From NCBI RefSeq assembly GCF_009914755.1, contig NC_060931.1: a stretch of DNA of 64,000 nt. The stretch is one strand, 5' to 3'. Below are positions 43,880 to 59,280 of the stretch, one piece after another. The notes under the pieces are model-generated. The model was not told the origin of the DNA. It searched no databases and was given only the letters and a program-made list of their open reading frames with translations. Source of the stretch: the human T2T-CHM13v2.0 reference genome, Homo sapiens. Numbering within the stretch: position 1 is the stretch's first letter; each line of letters begins with the position of its first letter. The position numbers were made by a program, and so were the translations under genes.

Positions 43880-44560
43880 TTTCATGCCATAAAATGTGGA
43901 CTTTATCCTGTGGGAAATGTAGGTTTTAAAGCAAGGGAGTAGAATGAACACATTTGAAATTTAGAAAGCTTCCTGTGTGTTCTCCACAGTGTGGAAATGT
44001 ATTTGGATGGGTGAAACTGGGGGATGTTACAACAATTCAGGTAAGAGATGAGAGCTGAGCCAAGGTAATGTTAGGGGAGTGGAGGGGAAGGGTATGAGAG
44101 ACAGGAGGTCACTGTGCATTTTTTTGTGGAGGATTAGGGTGTAAAGCTGGTCAAAGGTGCTGACAAGACTTCAAGTTGAGTGAAAGGTCCAACTTTCGTG
44201 GTAGGAGAAACAAGCTTTGGAAGAAAGATATAGAGTTAAATGACAGACCAGATAAGTTGAAATTGCCTCTGGAAATGCAGGTAGATGTGTTCCCCAGAAA
44301 GAAAGACATATGGTGACTGAAACTGGCAATAAATGATGTTTCTTTCTGGATGGAATTCCAGAATTTGAAGAAACTAAGGCCGAGGAAATAAACTGTGGAA
44401 CATTGATATTCAACAGGCAGGCAGATGAAAGTGAATCAGGAGAGGAAAGTAAAAAGTAGAGAAGAGAAGGGGAAAGGTTAAAAAAAAAAAAGAAAAGAAA
44501 CAGATGCCACAGAAGTCAAACCAGGAGAGAACTTCTTTGTTTATCTCATAGCATGGTTGA
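43880..44560 (-). mobile_element. L2 fragment
   Basis: ggactttatcctgtgggaaatg...ttttaaagcaagggagt...caggtaagagatg...gaagtcaaa motifs. Confidence 0.5.
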
Positions 44561-47556
44561 ATGTTAATAGCATGTAGTGGGTGAGAGAATAGTCTCCAGA
44601 AATACACTGTCTGCTTCAAATATTGCCTTTACCATTTATTAATTCTTTGATTTGAGGCAAGATATTTAACTCCTTCAATGTTGGTTGTGAGTGTTAAAAT
44701 AGTTAATACAAAAAAGCAGGTAGAACTTTGTAAGTGTATAGTTGAGTGTAAATAGGTAGCAGTCAGCAAATGCAACTTAATATTATAAAAGATGCTATAG
44801 CTCCCTTTTAGTTGGTGAGATTCTTAACGTGAAAGTCCATTTTTTCTTGTCATTGCTGTAGCCTCAAAACTCAATGAAGGAAACATTGTTGACACTGTGT
44901 AGTTATTTTAATATCAAAACAATTGTTGTTCACTTCCAGCATTTGAACAAAAGAGAGAAAGAGAAGGAGAGGGAGAGGAACTAGGATGTACAAAACCTAT
45001 GCTAATGTTTAGTGTTGTTTTGTTTTAAGCGCATTTTAGCTATGTTTTTCAACTTCTCTTGGCCGTATGTGTTAAAAATCCTGCAGTTTTTTCCTAATGC
45101 CAGGAAAATCTCTAGAATTCAGACCACTGAGAGACATCCACTACTACCACAGGGGTCACCATCTTCTTTCCTTTGCCTTTAAAAATTGAAGTGTTATGTA
45201 AATACAGTGCAATGTGGAAATCTGAAGTGTGCATCCAGGTCAATTTTTAGCTGTCTGACTTTCAATGAGATAAAGATACAAACTGTTTCTGTCACTCAGA
45301 AAGTCTTTCCATCCTTTTCCCCAGTCAATCTTCACAGCAGAAGTATTCATTATGCTGACTTCTGTCATACCATGCTCTACATGTTCTTGAATTTCATAAA
45401 TTGACTCCTACACCATGTACTTTTCAACTCCACAGAATGTTTTTGAACTTTACTCATGTGGTTTTATGGCCCGTTGTTCATTCCTTGTCATTGCTGTGTA
45501 ATATTCCATCGTGTGATTTATGACGATGGGTTTATCGAGATGAAGCAGCTGTCCTCTTCAGGAGGGTTGACCAGACTGTACTGTGCAATCACTAAGAATG
45601 TGGGAGTTCTTGCAGAATCATCCCACTCCTTTGAAGATTCCTGACTTCCAACCACAGAGTTGATCATCATGTGACCTGGTTCACAGAAAGAAAAAAATTA
45701 AAGGGATTTGGGGGTGGGGGTGGGAAGGAGAGACAGCAGCACTGTCCATTTGTTTTCTCTGAGGAGCTTAAATACCCTTCCCATCATCCCCTAGTTTTAA
45801 GGAACAATAAAGAATAACTTTCTGGGTCCCTTGGGTGTTTTCATTAAGTAGCCACAGAAAGTGCTAGCTAGAAAAGTCTATAGCGACTTATATACAGAAG
45901 TGATAACATTCTAAAATGGGCAGTTTTGGCTTAGGGGTGGAAAATAGTTCTCATATCTCCTAATCCAATACCTGCTTTTGGTGAAACTTTGATTTGGAGA
46001 ACAGCTAGGGTCTAGCTGTACCCTCTTTTAAGTTATTTTATGCCCAAAGTCCAGCCTAGCCCTTGTGGAGTAGACATCTGTCAGGACAGCTGCCTGGGGG
46101 CTGCATGCTGGAGACGGAAGGAGGCAGAGGTGCAGAGAGGGACTAACATTTACCTCTGAAATGCTCCCATGAAAGATTGTCTGGATTTCTGCTTAAAAGT
46201 ACTTTATTTATAAGATGAACTAGCTGAACTTGATATAACTGCATATATTCATTACCAAAATTTAATGTCATCTTTCCAAGCTCACCTTTTAATTTGCAAT
46301 CAAAACACAAAGAAATAGGTGTACAAATGTAATATAAACACAAATGTTGCATGTAGTTGCAAAATATCAGCACATTGTAAAATTGGACATACTATATGGC
46401 TTCATTTGGATGAAATTACTTTAATTAAAATGAGAAAGCATTGAATAATCTTAGAAGTTTGAATGTGCAGCAAACAGCAGAATGGGTGAGAGTGAGCCTT
46501 CTGTAATGAACTCTCCTGACCAAAGTGGGACTTAGTGGCATATACAGTGATCCATCAGGGGTGCCATCTGTCTATGGGAATTCATTGCTAAAGTAAGGTC
46601 CTCTTAAGTTAATCTTTCAGGGCTCCTTGCACAAAGGATAGGTCTTACCAATGACGTATTTGGAACACAAAGCTTAAATACTTCATATATGAAACAATAA
46701 AATGACTTAAATTCCCTTCTCCAATTTTATGAAACAAACATCACTTGAGATGCACTATCTTAGGGGAAAGAAAACTGTGCACTAAGCACTTACCATATGC
46801 AAGATACAGTGTTGAACATCATCGAATTATATGCAAGTGATATCATTTTGTTTTTATGACTACTATATAAATATTAATATTCTCAGTTCACGTATGAAAC
46901 CAAGCCGTGTTCTTGGGTTATATAGATACCAAAGATCTGTTTTTCACAGTCAGGAATGATGTGATTCTGGGCTTGATCTTATTCCCCGAACTTCTGGTTA
47001 TTTTTACTATAGAAGCTTAAAGAGAAAAATCAGTTAAATCTTTGGGAGGAGAAAATTTTCCTTATGAATATGCATGGCCTTATCTCTCAATGCCTTAGGT
47101 AGGGACACCTATTTGTCTTGGAAATGAATGGTACTAGTTTTCTTAATAGCAGGACTAATGATGTGTGGCTAGAACACAATCAGAAACCATACTAGTAATA
47201 AAATCATGGTGTACTTTATCATATAGTTCTTTGATATGCATAGTCAACAATGTACTGAGAATGAAAAATGGTGCTTCACAGGTAGGACTAGTCTCCTTAC
47301 AGGAAAGCAGAAGTACAGGATAAAGGTAGAGCCAAGATAAACATTCCTAGGATGCCTTAGGCAGAGGGTAAGAAGACAAGGGAACCGAGGCAGCAATTGA
47401 GTTTTGAAGAGTTTATCTGGACTCTGGAGAAAGGAAAATAAGTCAGAAGGACACTATTGGTCTAGGAAATGATAATATTTTATCATGATTATGCTTATAA
47501 TGGTAAGGAAGGCAGAAATTGGAGATTATGGCAATGATTAAGAACAAACGTATTCG

Positions 47557-47935
<379 letters not shown>

Positions 47936-50354
47936 CTAAAATAAGTTTAGAACTTCAACTGTTAAGCATTTTGGGGAACAGAGCTTCAAAGCATCACCCT
48001 TCAAACAGGTTACTAAAGTAAGAGGTAGAGACCATGAGAGCATAGAGCGATAAGGCCCAGTGCTTAGGGAACTCATTTGCAGGAGATCAAGTTGAGTGGA
48101 AAAGTGCAAACCAGACCATCATAGTCAGTGCATGTCTGGCAGTAACCCTCAGTTGTAGATTGTAGGTGTGGAGGTAAGCATGGTTTTAGTTTGATATACA
48201 CCAGAGTACAGATTGCTATTAAATAGAGAGAGTGAATAAGAATCAATGGCTTTATTGTGTCATCACAGCATCTCAATTTTTAAAAACTACCATGAATAAA
48301 GCATTAATAGGAAAGCCAGCTACATTGCTCACATGCTGCATTTTATTATTCATGTAACATTTCTGATTGGCTAAAACATTTCAGTATATCAGGCAATATA
48401 CCCAGTTCTAGAAAGACAGAAAAACTAGTCACAATTGCTGGCTTACCATCCAATGTGTGTGTTTACATGAGGGGGGAGAAGAGGGAGACCATACAAATAC
48501 CGTGCATGTGTCAAAGGAGCTGTGATGTACAGAGTGTGGAAACACCAAGGAGAGAAGAGCTAGTTTAGCAGCTGCGGTAAAGAACGGAAGTAGTCACTGA
48601 GCTTCCCATCCTCCACCAGCCTCCAAGTGCCCTTGTCTTTCACTTCATTATTTTCATATGATTGATCATATATATCCAACACCTTAGTCCCTCACTTAGC
48701 TGATCAATTTGTAGTGTCTCCACATAATAAAATATCAAAGAAGAAAGCCACGATAGTCTGATGAAACACCATCTTTTCAGGACAACTATTTGTTAGCATC
48801 TAAAGGCAGAGTTTAAAACATGGTTCTTCAATCTGTGCTCTAATATAGACAAATGAGAAGACATTAATCTAATAGGGCAGTGTGAGTCCATTCCTCGAAC
48901 AGCAATGTGAACAATGAACACTTGGTCCACACCAGTACACCTGCACACGGCTGAACTTCAGAATTATTTGGAGAGTTTGATTTTCAAAGTGTAGCTCCTT
49001 AGGCTTTATCATAGACTTTCTGAATCAGGAGTTTCAGGAGAAAGTCCAAGCGTCTGCAGTTATAGAAGCCTCAGAAGGAGACACTGATGCTCAGCCTAAT
49101 GGAGTGACCAATATTCTAGGAGGGTCTTAAAACTCAGACTGAAGCACCATGGCTATCTCTGTGGATTCTATCCATCTTGGAGCTGTCTCAGCCTCTGGTT
49201 TCCCTGCTCCTGCAATCCTGATGCAAACCTGTTAGGGCATTCTTTCTAACTGGATCCTCTGATTATGCTATGTGCTTTCTCAGAGTTACTCAGTTTCCTC
49301 TGATCTATAGATCTGTTAAACACACTCTACACATTCGCCCTGCCTTGCCTTTGGCTGTGGCATTATGCCTATCTGTTCATAATGACAGCCTAGTTCTGCC
49401 AGCTGACTCACATGAGCTAACTCTTACTACCCTATATTCCACGTTGTGACAACATTTGACTACTAACCTACTTCATAGTTCCTATATGGAATCATAATTT
49501 TTGTTTTTGAATATTGTAAGTATTTGCTGTATGAAAGAATGAATTTTTCTCTCTGTGGCCTTTTCTGCAAAACATAGGTTTCCATGACAAGTATTTGAAA
49601 ATACCCAAATTGCTGAGACCCAGTGACTGGATATTTGAAAGCACTAAAAGGGAGAGTGATGGGTTTGACTGCCTTAGAACACTTCAGAGGACTTGGTCCC
49701 GATCAATCACTCTCTCTAATACCAGCACTTTCCCTGGCTATACCCTCTCCCAAACCACTGGCTTTCAAGTTGTCTTTTATCCTAAGCAATTTGCATAATA
49801 TTACCTAGATTTCTCAGTAAGATTTGGAATAAAGGAAAAGAAATCCATCTTCTATCTTGAGTTCAGCTCTATAATTGCAAGATTCGCACAGAGGCTGAAA
49901 ACTTCCACAAAGCATTTATTTGCCCTTGGGTGAGTTGCCGATTCTCTGGAGCAATCTTCTCCTCTTTTGCATGCACAGAGTAAGGTAGCAGAGATGAAAG
50001 ACAGCTTTGAGCTTCAGCTACAAATCAGAGCAGAAGGGTGATGCTGGACAGCCTCAGAATTGTAACTGATCCAGCTTGGCTCAGCAGTGATTGGAAGTAG
50101 GTCAGAAAATGGCAGTGCTGGAGTCCAGACTGTGCGGGAGAATACTACATCTTCTTTAGTATTCTAACAGTTTCTTGTCTTGTTCTCCGACTTTTTACTC
50201 CTTTTTTCTCTTTCTGTAGTTTTTAATCTTTGTATGCATAAAGAGACAAAAATAGCTAAGAAATTTTGATGTAGAAAAGTGAAGAGAGAACTTAAATTAT
50301 AAGATAATAAATGTATTTTAATCTTAACAATATTTATAACACTGAGGTCATTTT

Positions 50355-51230
50355 TCAAGAAGAGACAAATAGATCAATTGCTCAGAATGTGAAGCCCAGG
50401 AAAACAAACTAACGTAAATTAAAATTAATAACTGATAAATGAACATTTAAATCGATAGTGAATGTATGAAACTATTTAATGAATTTTCTTGAGGAAATAA
50501 TCTATCAGGAGAATTTGGTTAATTTGCCACCAGAATAAATACTGGCTGGGAGAGAAAAGTCAAAATGTATTTTTTAAAAAGTAGTCACAAAACAATTGAG
50601 ATAAAACTGAGAATAATATTTATTTGCTTTGGCAGATGGGATAACATTCAAATGATGAAAATTATAAAATAAATTAAAGAAATGGATGATTAAAAAAATT
50701 AAAAAGCACTGTACATGAAAAGCAACATAAAGATAATTAAAATTCATGCAGAGGACAAATACAAGCATTGGGAGAGTATTCTAAAAATACATAGAATTTA
50801 TATACATGAATAGGAAAGCACTAATGTACTAATGTCCAGAAGTGAAAAGGGCAAAGGAGACACAAAAATAATCCACAAATGACTAAATTCAAATGGCTAA
50901 TAAACATATGAAAGGCTTTGTTTTGTTTTGATTTGATTTTGATTTTTGAGTTAAAGAGAGCGAATGAAAATAACATTCATGGTAGTTTTTCAGTGCTAGC
51001 AATGGTATGTAAAGATTAGCATACTCAGACACTAATGTGAGAGAGTGTATAAATTAGTAGAGGCATTCTAGGTGCAGTTTGGTTTTAGGAGTCTCAATAA
51101 CATGCAACTCCTTTAACCCTATAATCCTGATAATGAGAATTGTAAGTTTCCATCAAATATTTATAAAACTTTTCATTGTGCCTTCATTTTAAATGATAAA
51201 CAATGAGAAACAACCTACCTACTCATGAAG
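50355..51230 (+). mobile_element. Ancient L1ME-like ORF2/3' fragments
   Basis: agacaaatagatcaat, caaatggctaataaacatatgaaa, gagagtgtataaattagta motifs. Confidence 0.5.
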
Positions 51231-54200
51231 ATTTCCAGTATGTTTCTGAAGTGTTTTTACATCCTCCTCACAAGGAGGAGAGTTGACAAAGACTACCCAA
51301 TGTCATTATGGTGGAATTGAATCATGGCATCTGCTGGTGAAATACCAGCTGTGACTACGTCTGCAGAGAGTAGCTCTCACCCAGCAAGAGATGGTGCAGG
51401 TGGTCTTCTGTACCTAGAAAGAAGTTGAGAAGCATTTCGGAAATAAAACTTGCAAAGCTTGGCTGCCAGCTGTGGATGGTCTGGGAAAGAGATGGAAAAC
51501 ATTCAAGAGAAGCTGGCATTTGTAGGTCAATGAACCGAGTTGGTGGAGACAATAACCAAGGCTGTGAGAATGAGGAAGGAAACTAGGCAGAAACCTCCAG
51601 TTTTCAATTCCTTTTGGAACTGACAAATGAGAAAACAGCTACAGAGAGACTTGACAGTTCATCTGCATAAAAGATGGATGGAATTAACATTTGGGGAGGT
51701 CCCTACTCTGTGTGTATCAAACCTATTTCTTATTTTGTTTTATTTAATTCTCATGGCAGGTAAATAAAATTTTTAGATTTAAGCATTCAACAAACATTTC
51801 TTGCTTGCCTGCTATACACCTGACTTCATGTTAGGTGCTAGGGAGCTGGGGACATAGACGTGAGTGCAATATACTTACTCCCTCTTGTAGAGTTAAATAA
51901 TACCTATGATATCAGTTATCTAGCAGCAGAGGATGAAAAATGTAAGCCTATTTATTTTTAATTTTCTTTAATTTTTTTCCTCACTTCAAAGCCTCCCTGC
52001 TATACCAGTCTTTTTTCTTTTCTTCTGTTCTTTGAGATTATATTTTAGGTATATATGTCATCTTTGCATATATTGTCTTTTAAAAAAAAACACAGGAAAA
52101 TATAAAATACCTTTCAGCTTCACTTGTTCCCTTTTCTTTTGCCTCAGATAACCACCATCATCAAATTTTCTATATATTCTTCCAGTCATTTTTCAGAGCA
52201 TTTAATACAAATATAACTATAGAGAATAATATTTATTTTCCATATAAACATGGATATTTTGTCTATAATAGTCTGAAACTTTTTATAATCAGCAATATAT
52301 TTTGAGCTCTTACTACATGAGTGTATTTCAATTTAGTTTATTTTTTTCAACTACTCTATAGCAATTGTGTAAAGTAATTTATTTGTCCAATACAGTCCTT
52401 AAGAAATAAAACATTATCAATTCAGTTGAAAGCAACAATGTATACCACCCAGATCAAATATTCTGCTGCCTTATCAGAGGGATGGTGATGAATTAACAAG
52501 CCTGTGAATTGCATTTTGTTTGGACTATGCTTGAGTGACAATTGGGTACAGGATTACAGGCTTCTGGTTTTCTCACACCATTCTGATGATATTATTTTAC
52601 TAAGTTCCAGTTTTCCATTGCTGCTACTAAAAGCATCTATGGTCCATGTAATTTTTGTTCTTGAGTAGCTTTTGCTTTGGAGTTCTACAGTTTCACTATG
52701 ACTGTGCTTCTGTGGATTTCTGGTTATTATGTTATTCTTACAATTATTGACCACTGAAGTCTCAGAATTAACATTGTTAATTTATCCTGTTTAGAATTTC
52801 AAGAAGTGTCCTCATCAAATTCTAGAAAATTGAGAATTGCCTCTTTCACTTATATTCTATTAATTCTTCTGAAATTCAATGAGATATGTATTAGAACTGC
52901 TCACTTGTTCATAGATATTAATTCCTCCTTTATATTTAAAAAATTCATTTTTCTGTGTTGTAATTTTGTTGATTTTTTTCTAATACATATTCTAATTCAA
53001 TAATTATTTTTTCAGTTATGGCTAATGTACTTTTCAACCCAGCTATATTTTTATTTTAATGTTTATATTTTACTTCAAAAAATTTTTTAAACAGTCATAA
53101 TATTTATAATAATCTCTTATTCATTCCTGTAGTATTCAATTACTTTTCTTATGTTTTAAGCATTTTGGACATATTCCTTTTCTAGTTTGTTTTTGTTCAT
53201 CCTAATATCTGAATTATTTGAGCTCTAAATCTGGTTTTCATTGTGTGTGCTTATTCTTTCTCACAGTTGCTTGTTTTGTTTTATTAACTTTTTAGTTTTT
53301 ATTTAATTCTGACTCATCTGAATCTTTGGGAATATCAAGAGCCTGGATTGAGGGTATGTTTGTCTAAAGAGAATCTGTATTTTATTTTTCCAGGTGCAAT
53401 CAACCTAGAAAGTAGTGGGAGTGACTTCTGATGAGAGTGGGGTTTTTTTGGTGGGGTTGTGTTTGGGGGAGAAAAATTATTTAAAGTTAGATAGTAGCGG
53501 TGTTTGCATAACTCTTGAGTATACTAAAAACTGCTAATTTTCATACTATAAAGAGGTGAATTTTATGGTATGTGAATTATATTTCAATAAAGCTGTAATA
53601 CAAAAATTAGCCAAGAGGAGTTTGAATCAACTCTACACTCTCAGTCAAACTTTCCTCCAAATAGTACCAAGATGTGGAGCTGTCCAGCGGAAAAAATGTG
53701 TCAGGGCAAAGAGTATGTCCTCTACGAACAATTCAAGAAAAGAGGGGATGAAGGCAAGGTCAAAGCTCAGCATCCTTGTCAGAAAGCAAAGTTTTAATTT
53801 TTCTTCAGCTGTTTATCAATATCTGCTTCATTAATAACAAGTCTCTACATTTTTGCCAATACTGGTTTATTTTATTTAATATTTGCTAATATAATAGATT
53901 TTAAAAAATCTATTCTCACTGCTTTTTAATATGTTTCTTAGATTACTGTTGTGCCTGAAGTGTTTTTTACATTAGCTATTCTAATTTTTTATTTTTAAAA
54001 CTAAGTTGCCTTTTAAAATCCTTTACCCATGTCCTACCATAAAACTTTTTCTCCTAATGAGTTTTGAGAGAGATTCATAAAACAAAGATTCTAGTCATTT
54101 GTTGCAAATATTACATTCTAAATTGCTTCTTGCTTTCAATTTTATTTATAATAACTTATAACTTCTATTTCGGGGTTTTATATATAGTTCTTTATCACAG

Positions 54201-56300
54201 GACATCAACAGTGTTAAATTAAGTAGGTACTTTTTAAAATAAGAAATATGTAAATATTTACATTTCTTTAGGCATTTCTTTAAGTAAGAAATTCAGCAAA
54301 GCCATATGGGACATAAGGAAAATGTCCAAAAAAAAAAAAAAAAAAGAAAGAAAGAAAGAACAACAACAACAAAATAAAAAACCTGACAATTTACATTTAG
54401 TACACATAAATAAAAATTTACATAGCAATAAAAGGGCCACAAACTATTCAATAAAATTACAGACTTTTTAGAGCTAAACTTACTATAGAACTTAGTAGCT
54501 GTCTCTGATGTAGAGATGGCAGTAAGATTTTCCTGCTAAAATAACAACTGCAAAGACGGTTTTGGGATGCAAAGGATTATGTGTTTTTATTTAGTTGCAG
54601 GAAATAGAAATAGAAACATTTTTATTCTTAGTGACTTTTTTTTTCCTGTCACCAGCCATTGGAAGGACTACAATGTGAAGGCTGAGATCAATGATCTTAT
54701 TAGTGACTACTGATAGGAGTAGGGGTCCTGGAATATTTTGTGTCTATACTGGCCCGCCTGGCATCTGACTTCATCTACACTGGCTGGGCAGCATGAGAGC
54801 TGAAGACAGAAAGAAACACATTAAGCAACTTTTAATTGTGGATATTTAAAAAACATTTGGTTATCAGATCCTTTCCTACTCAAAGACGGCAGGAAACAGG
54901 TTCTAGTAGGGAGAAGAAAAAAGAAAGTGGCCTAATGGACAACGATGCAGGCTTTAGTCACTACAAGTGTAGGGAGGGGAAGACAGGGAAAGAGGAGAAT
55001 AGTAAAAACATGACCACAAGATTAGCAAAATCCTAAAAGTTGATGAGATTGCTGAGCAACAGGAGTTCTTGTACATGATAGTGGAAGAGCAAACTGATGA
55101 AAAACCTTTAGAAAACTTTGGCAGCATCCATAGAAGCTGAACATCCTTATTCAGCAAGACCCCTCCCAGTCATAGTCTTCAGTCAGCAGAAGCATATGCC
55201 TGTATGAACTAGTGCCCATGTCCACAAAGAATTAGCCACTCTCTAATCCTTTAACTTGATTTCACAGAGCATGATAATTTCAATAAGATTCTTAGTGACA
55301 GAGAAAGATAGATTAACGTTGCTATTAGAAGGCTCTGTTTATTTTATTTGTTTATTTTTTTCTTGCTCACATTATTAAGAATGGCCTCACAGAAATAAAC
55401 TGCTGGGATTTCAAATCCAATACTCTATCGTGAAGTACTTGAACACAGCAACCGTGCCTCACTCCCTTATTGTTCATCCCCAAATCTAGGAAAGTGCAGG
55501 CATTTTTCAGGGACTCAATATGTAAGTAAGTACTGAATATAAGCTTCTTAGATGACAGGCTTACACATTTCATAAACAACCAAAAAGCAAAACAAAACAA
55601 AACAAAACAAAAACAAAACCCAAAGCAAAAACCTTCAAATTTTCCTAAACTAACATATAAAATTAAGGAGATTTTGTGTATTACAATCATTGTGGTATTT
55701 ATTAAATGTGCCATAAATATTTTATACCATTTCTACTAGTAATTGATGACTTTTACTATGTTTTTGATGCCTTACAATGAAACAAAGTATTTGGTGGTAA
55801 CAATGTATTTTAAATTATCATATTGAATATCTTTTACACTATAACAGAAATTTTTGGGAATGAGGTGAAAATTTGCTCTAGGTTTCTTTATGATGTAAAT
55901 TTATCATGGGATTCTCTTAAATGATGAGCTTGTCAGGGTAGTTGAATGGCAGGTCTCTGTTTTAGTGGTACTTTCCCTAACCTCCCTCCCAAAATAGCAC
56001 CCCTGGTTCATTCATTCTTCTGCAACCTTACACTGTATTACATATTTTTATTTGCCCATGTTATCTCTCCACTAGTAGAATATAAACTCCTTGAAGACAC
56101 TTTGTCAATTGTGTTCATTGATGTATCTCAAGCTCCTATAAATGCTAGTGACCTAAGAACTTACCCATCTACACTCAGAATATGTCTCTATCCAGTTTCT
56201 TTTAGGGGCCTCGAGATAGGGCTGCTTCCAGCAGCGCTCTAAATTCTCAGCTATGCTGATTATTCTCAGTCCTCAGCTGTAGCAACAGTGCTCTTTCCCT

Positions 56301-56399
56301 TAATTTTATTGTACTTTCAGTTCTGGGATACATGTGCAGAACGTGCAGGTTTATTGCATAGGTATACACATACCACGGCGGCTTGCTGCACCCATCAGC
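56301..56399 (-). mobile_element. ~100-bp L1PA (PA8-like) 3' stub
   Basis: tactttcagttctgggatacatgtgcagaacgtgcaggtt...cataggtatacac...gctgcacccatca; TSD-like ctctttc on both sides. Confidence 0.8.
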
Positions 56400-56920
56400 A
56401 CTCTTTCTTAGTAGTTGACAGTACAGATGGTCACGATGCTGGGCTGACCTCTGCTGGCCACCAGGTTGCAAACGCGAATGCTAGTGTGTTTCTTCCTCAG
56501 GGCCCAGCAGGAGAATTCCTTTGAGCTTTGAGCAATTCTTTCAGAGAAAGGAGTCTTCTCCCCACCTTTTGTTTAACTATAGTCCTAGAGAGGTAGGGAT
56601 ACAGCCAGGCATAGTCTTCCATTATTCCTGATTCCGTTTCTCAAACCACGTGCCTGTGGCCCCATCTGACACTCTGGGCTTGATTTCTTGAGGTATGATG
56701 ATTTTCTCAAAAGATGCCTCTGTCTTCCCATGAATCTGGTGTTTTTAGGAGTTGCCCAGGCCACTCGATGTCCTATATGTGTTTATACTCCAGTCATTAA
56801 CAACTTCCATCAAGTTCCTTGCCACTGGGTTTCTCGACGCAGGAGATGTGAATGGACAACTAATTCAAACTCCTGGAGCATTCTATTAGGGTTAAGAATT
56901 TCTCACGTATACCCTCGCAC

Positions 56921-57493
56921 TTAGGAGCCTCCTCTGCCCTAAATATGCTGGGGACATCTTTGGTGTGTTGTGGTGTCTCCTCATCAGTAAATGAGGTCTT
57001 ACGTCTGTATCAGCCCAAACAGTAAAAACAGTGGATCACAATCACAAAGATAGAACAGAAGAATAGGCAAGACTTCTATTGTAGTGCTCTTTTCCAGGAT
57101 AATTGGTTTTTGGGGAGGAAACGTAGAGTTCATATGAACGGATATAAATGGAGTTATTCTATGCCAAACAGAGCCTATCATGAAAGCTCTGTAAGAAATC
57201 TCTTCCCTCCTGTCCCCATATTTGCATTCACCACCAGGGGTGTCTCTTTCGGTGTTTGAGTTTCAGTTCCTCTGTTCATATGAACTCTAAATTTCCTCCC
57301 CCAAGGACCAATTATCTTGGAAAAGAGCATTAGAGTAGAAGAGTTGCCTATTCTTCTGTTCTACCTTTGTGATTGTGATCCACTGTCTTTACTGTTTGGG
57401 CTGATACAGATCTAAGACCTCATTTGCTGATGGGAAGACATCGTAACACACCAAAGATGTCCCCAGCATATTTAGGGCAGAAGAGGCTCCTAA
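56921..57493. repeat. Long inverted repeat: 219/220-bp arms, 134-bp spacer
   Basis: 56921-57139 is the reverse complement of 57274-57493 with 21 substitutions and 1 indel by manual alignment. Confidence 0.95.
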
Positions 57494-58939
57494 CTTTTAG
57501 GACCGTCTTTCCTGCTGCCTCAGGTGAGCAACACACATACAAAAAAACTTTTCTAAAGTAAACAGACACAGATTTTTAGGATTGTGATACGTAATTTTTA
57601 AATAAAAATATATTCATTTTAAGTGTGAATATGCTAATTGTAGAAATTTAAAAATGAAATATAAGAAGGAAATGGTTTTCCAGATCGCTTATAGCCTTAG
57701 AAACCATCGTTAGCATTTTATTATTTTTCCTTTCAGCTCTCTCTAAGAGCAGTTTTAGATCATAGTTGCTCTCATGCTTTAATTAAATTGTGTATTTGGT
57801 TTTCCATTTAGCATGAAATCAGTATTTCATTTGATAAACATCATTTTAATAGGTTGCACATTACTTCTTTGAGCAATTCTACCACAACATAATAGCCTCT
57901 CACTTGAGGAATTTTGGGTCTCTAGTTTCAATTGCTGATACTGATGTTGTTATTTTATACATAATACTATAATACTACTCACCAGTGAAAATGAAATAGT
58001 AGGCAATCTGGCAGTATGTATTGCTTTGAAGTTAATAGTAATAATACTAATAACCCTTGCTAGTTTGGGACCTACAATGTGCCACTCAGCTGTTTTCATG
58101 TTACCTCCTTCAGTCCTTAAAACAGTGCTGCTGATAGACACTGATTCCATGTTTCCCAGATGCTCACTGATTAAGTCACACTACCCAAGTCATACAATCA
58201 TCACAGGTAGGAGCCAGCTATTAGAACCTAGTTCATCTGAATCTGAAGTCAATGATGTTTCCATTGCTCAATGCTGCCATAGATAAGCATGTGTATATAA
58301 AGTTTTCCCTGTCTTATTTCCTAATGTGAAGATAAATGTGATTTTTTTAATTGAAATATGTTATCAGCTAGGTAGAAAAAAATGACCAAGAAGTACACTA
58401 GGTATGAGGAAATTTCAACATGCACATAATCTCTATAAGTATAAATGTCCCCTAGAATTCTGTACTGTGGGTAACTGAGAGGCAAGTGACTCAGATTGGG
58501 CCATTTGCATTGTTAAATAATTATTTCTTGCTGTGGCCAGGCTCAATCAGGACTATGCACAGTTAAGGTATTACCCAAATGAATGGTGAGGACTTGACAT
58601 GTGTTGAGAGCCTCTTTTGTGCCAGGGAAAATAGGTAGTACTGACAAAAGATGTGAGGAACACATTTTAATAAAATGTGACAACTGTCATTGGATCCAAG
58701 AAGTGGATCATCAACTCATTCTCTGGAGTGAGAAGAAAGTTAGACATGGCTTCCCAGTAAACAGGTCAGAAGGATCCGGCTGCATGAGAAGTTGGGGGAA
58801 GCAGTACGTGAACAGAGATGGTTTCCCCTTAACACTGTCAAATGAGACCCTGAGTGCCTCTTGAGGACAGGAGCTTTTTTCTTAGTACCTATTGTACTTC
58901 TCACAGTGCCTGGCTCACAAGAGTCTGTCAATGCATACA

Positions 58940-59280
58940 AAATAGATAGATAGACAAATAGATATAGAGATGTGGATGGATAGATTAATAGGAAGATATA
59001 GAAAATAGATGTATGTGTGAGAAAGAGAGAGATAGAGATGAAGATAGAGATCAATAAACAGATATAGATAGATGATAGATTAGATAGATAAAAGGATGAG
59101 GAAAAATGGGTAGATAGCTACAGATAATGTGTGTGAAAGATAGAGATAAAGATACAAATAGATCAATCAATAGAGATAGATGACACATAGACACACACAC
59201 TTATACATGATTTATCTATTCTATCTCTCTACATGGATAGATGATGGCTAGATAGATGAATATAAAAATAGGTATATATA
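58940..59280. repeat. Degenerate (GATA)n-type simple repeat
   Basis: Repeated atagatagat/gatagagat units. Confidence 0.8.

Noticed and set aside
48820-49120. Possible MER5-type DNA transposon remnant
   Set aside because: Too diverged to place boundaries or a TSD by eye.
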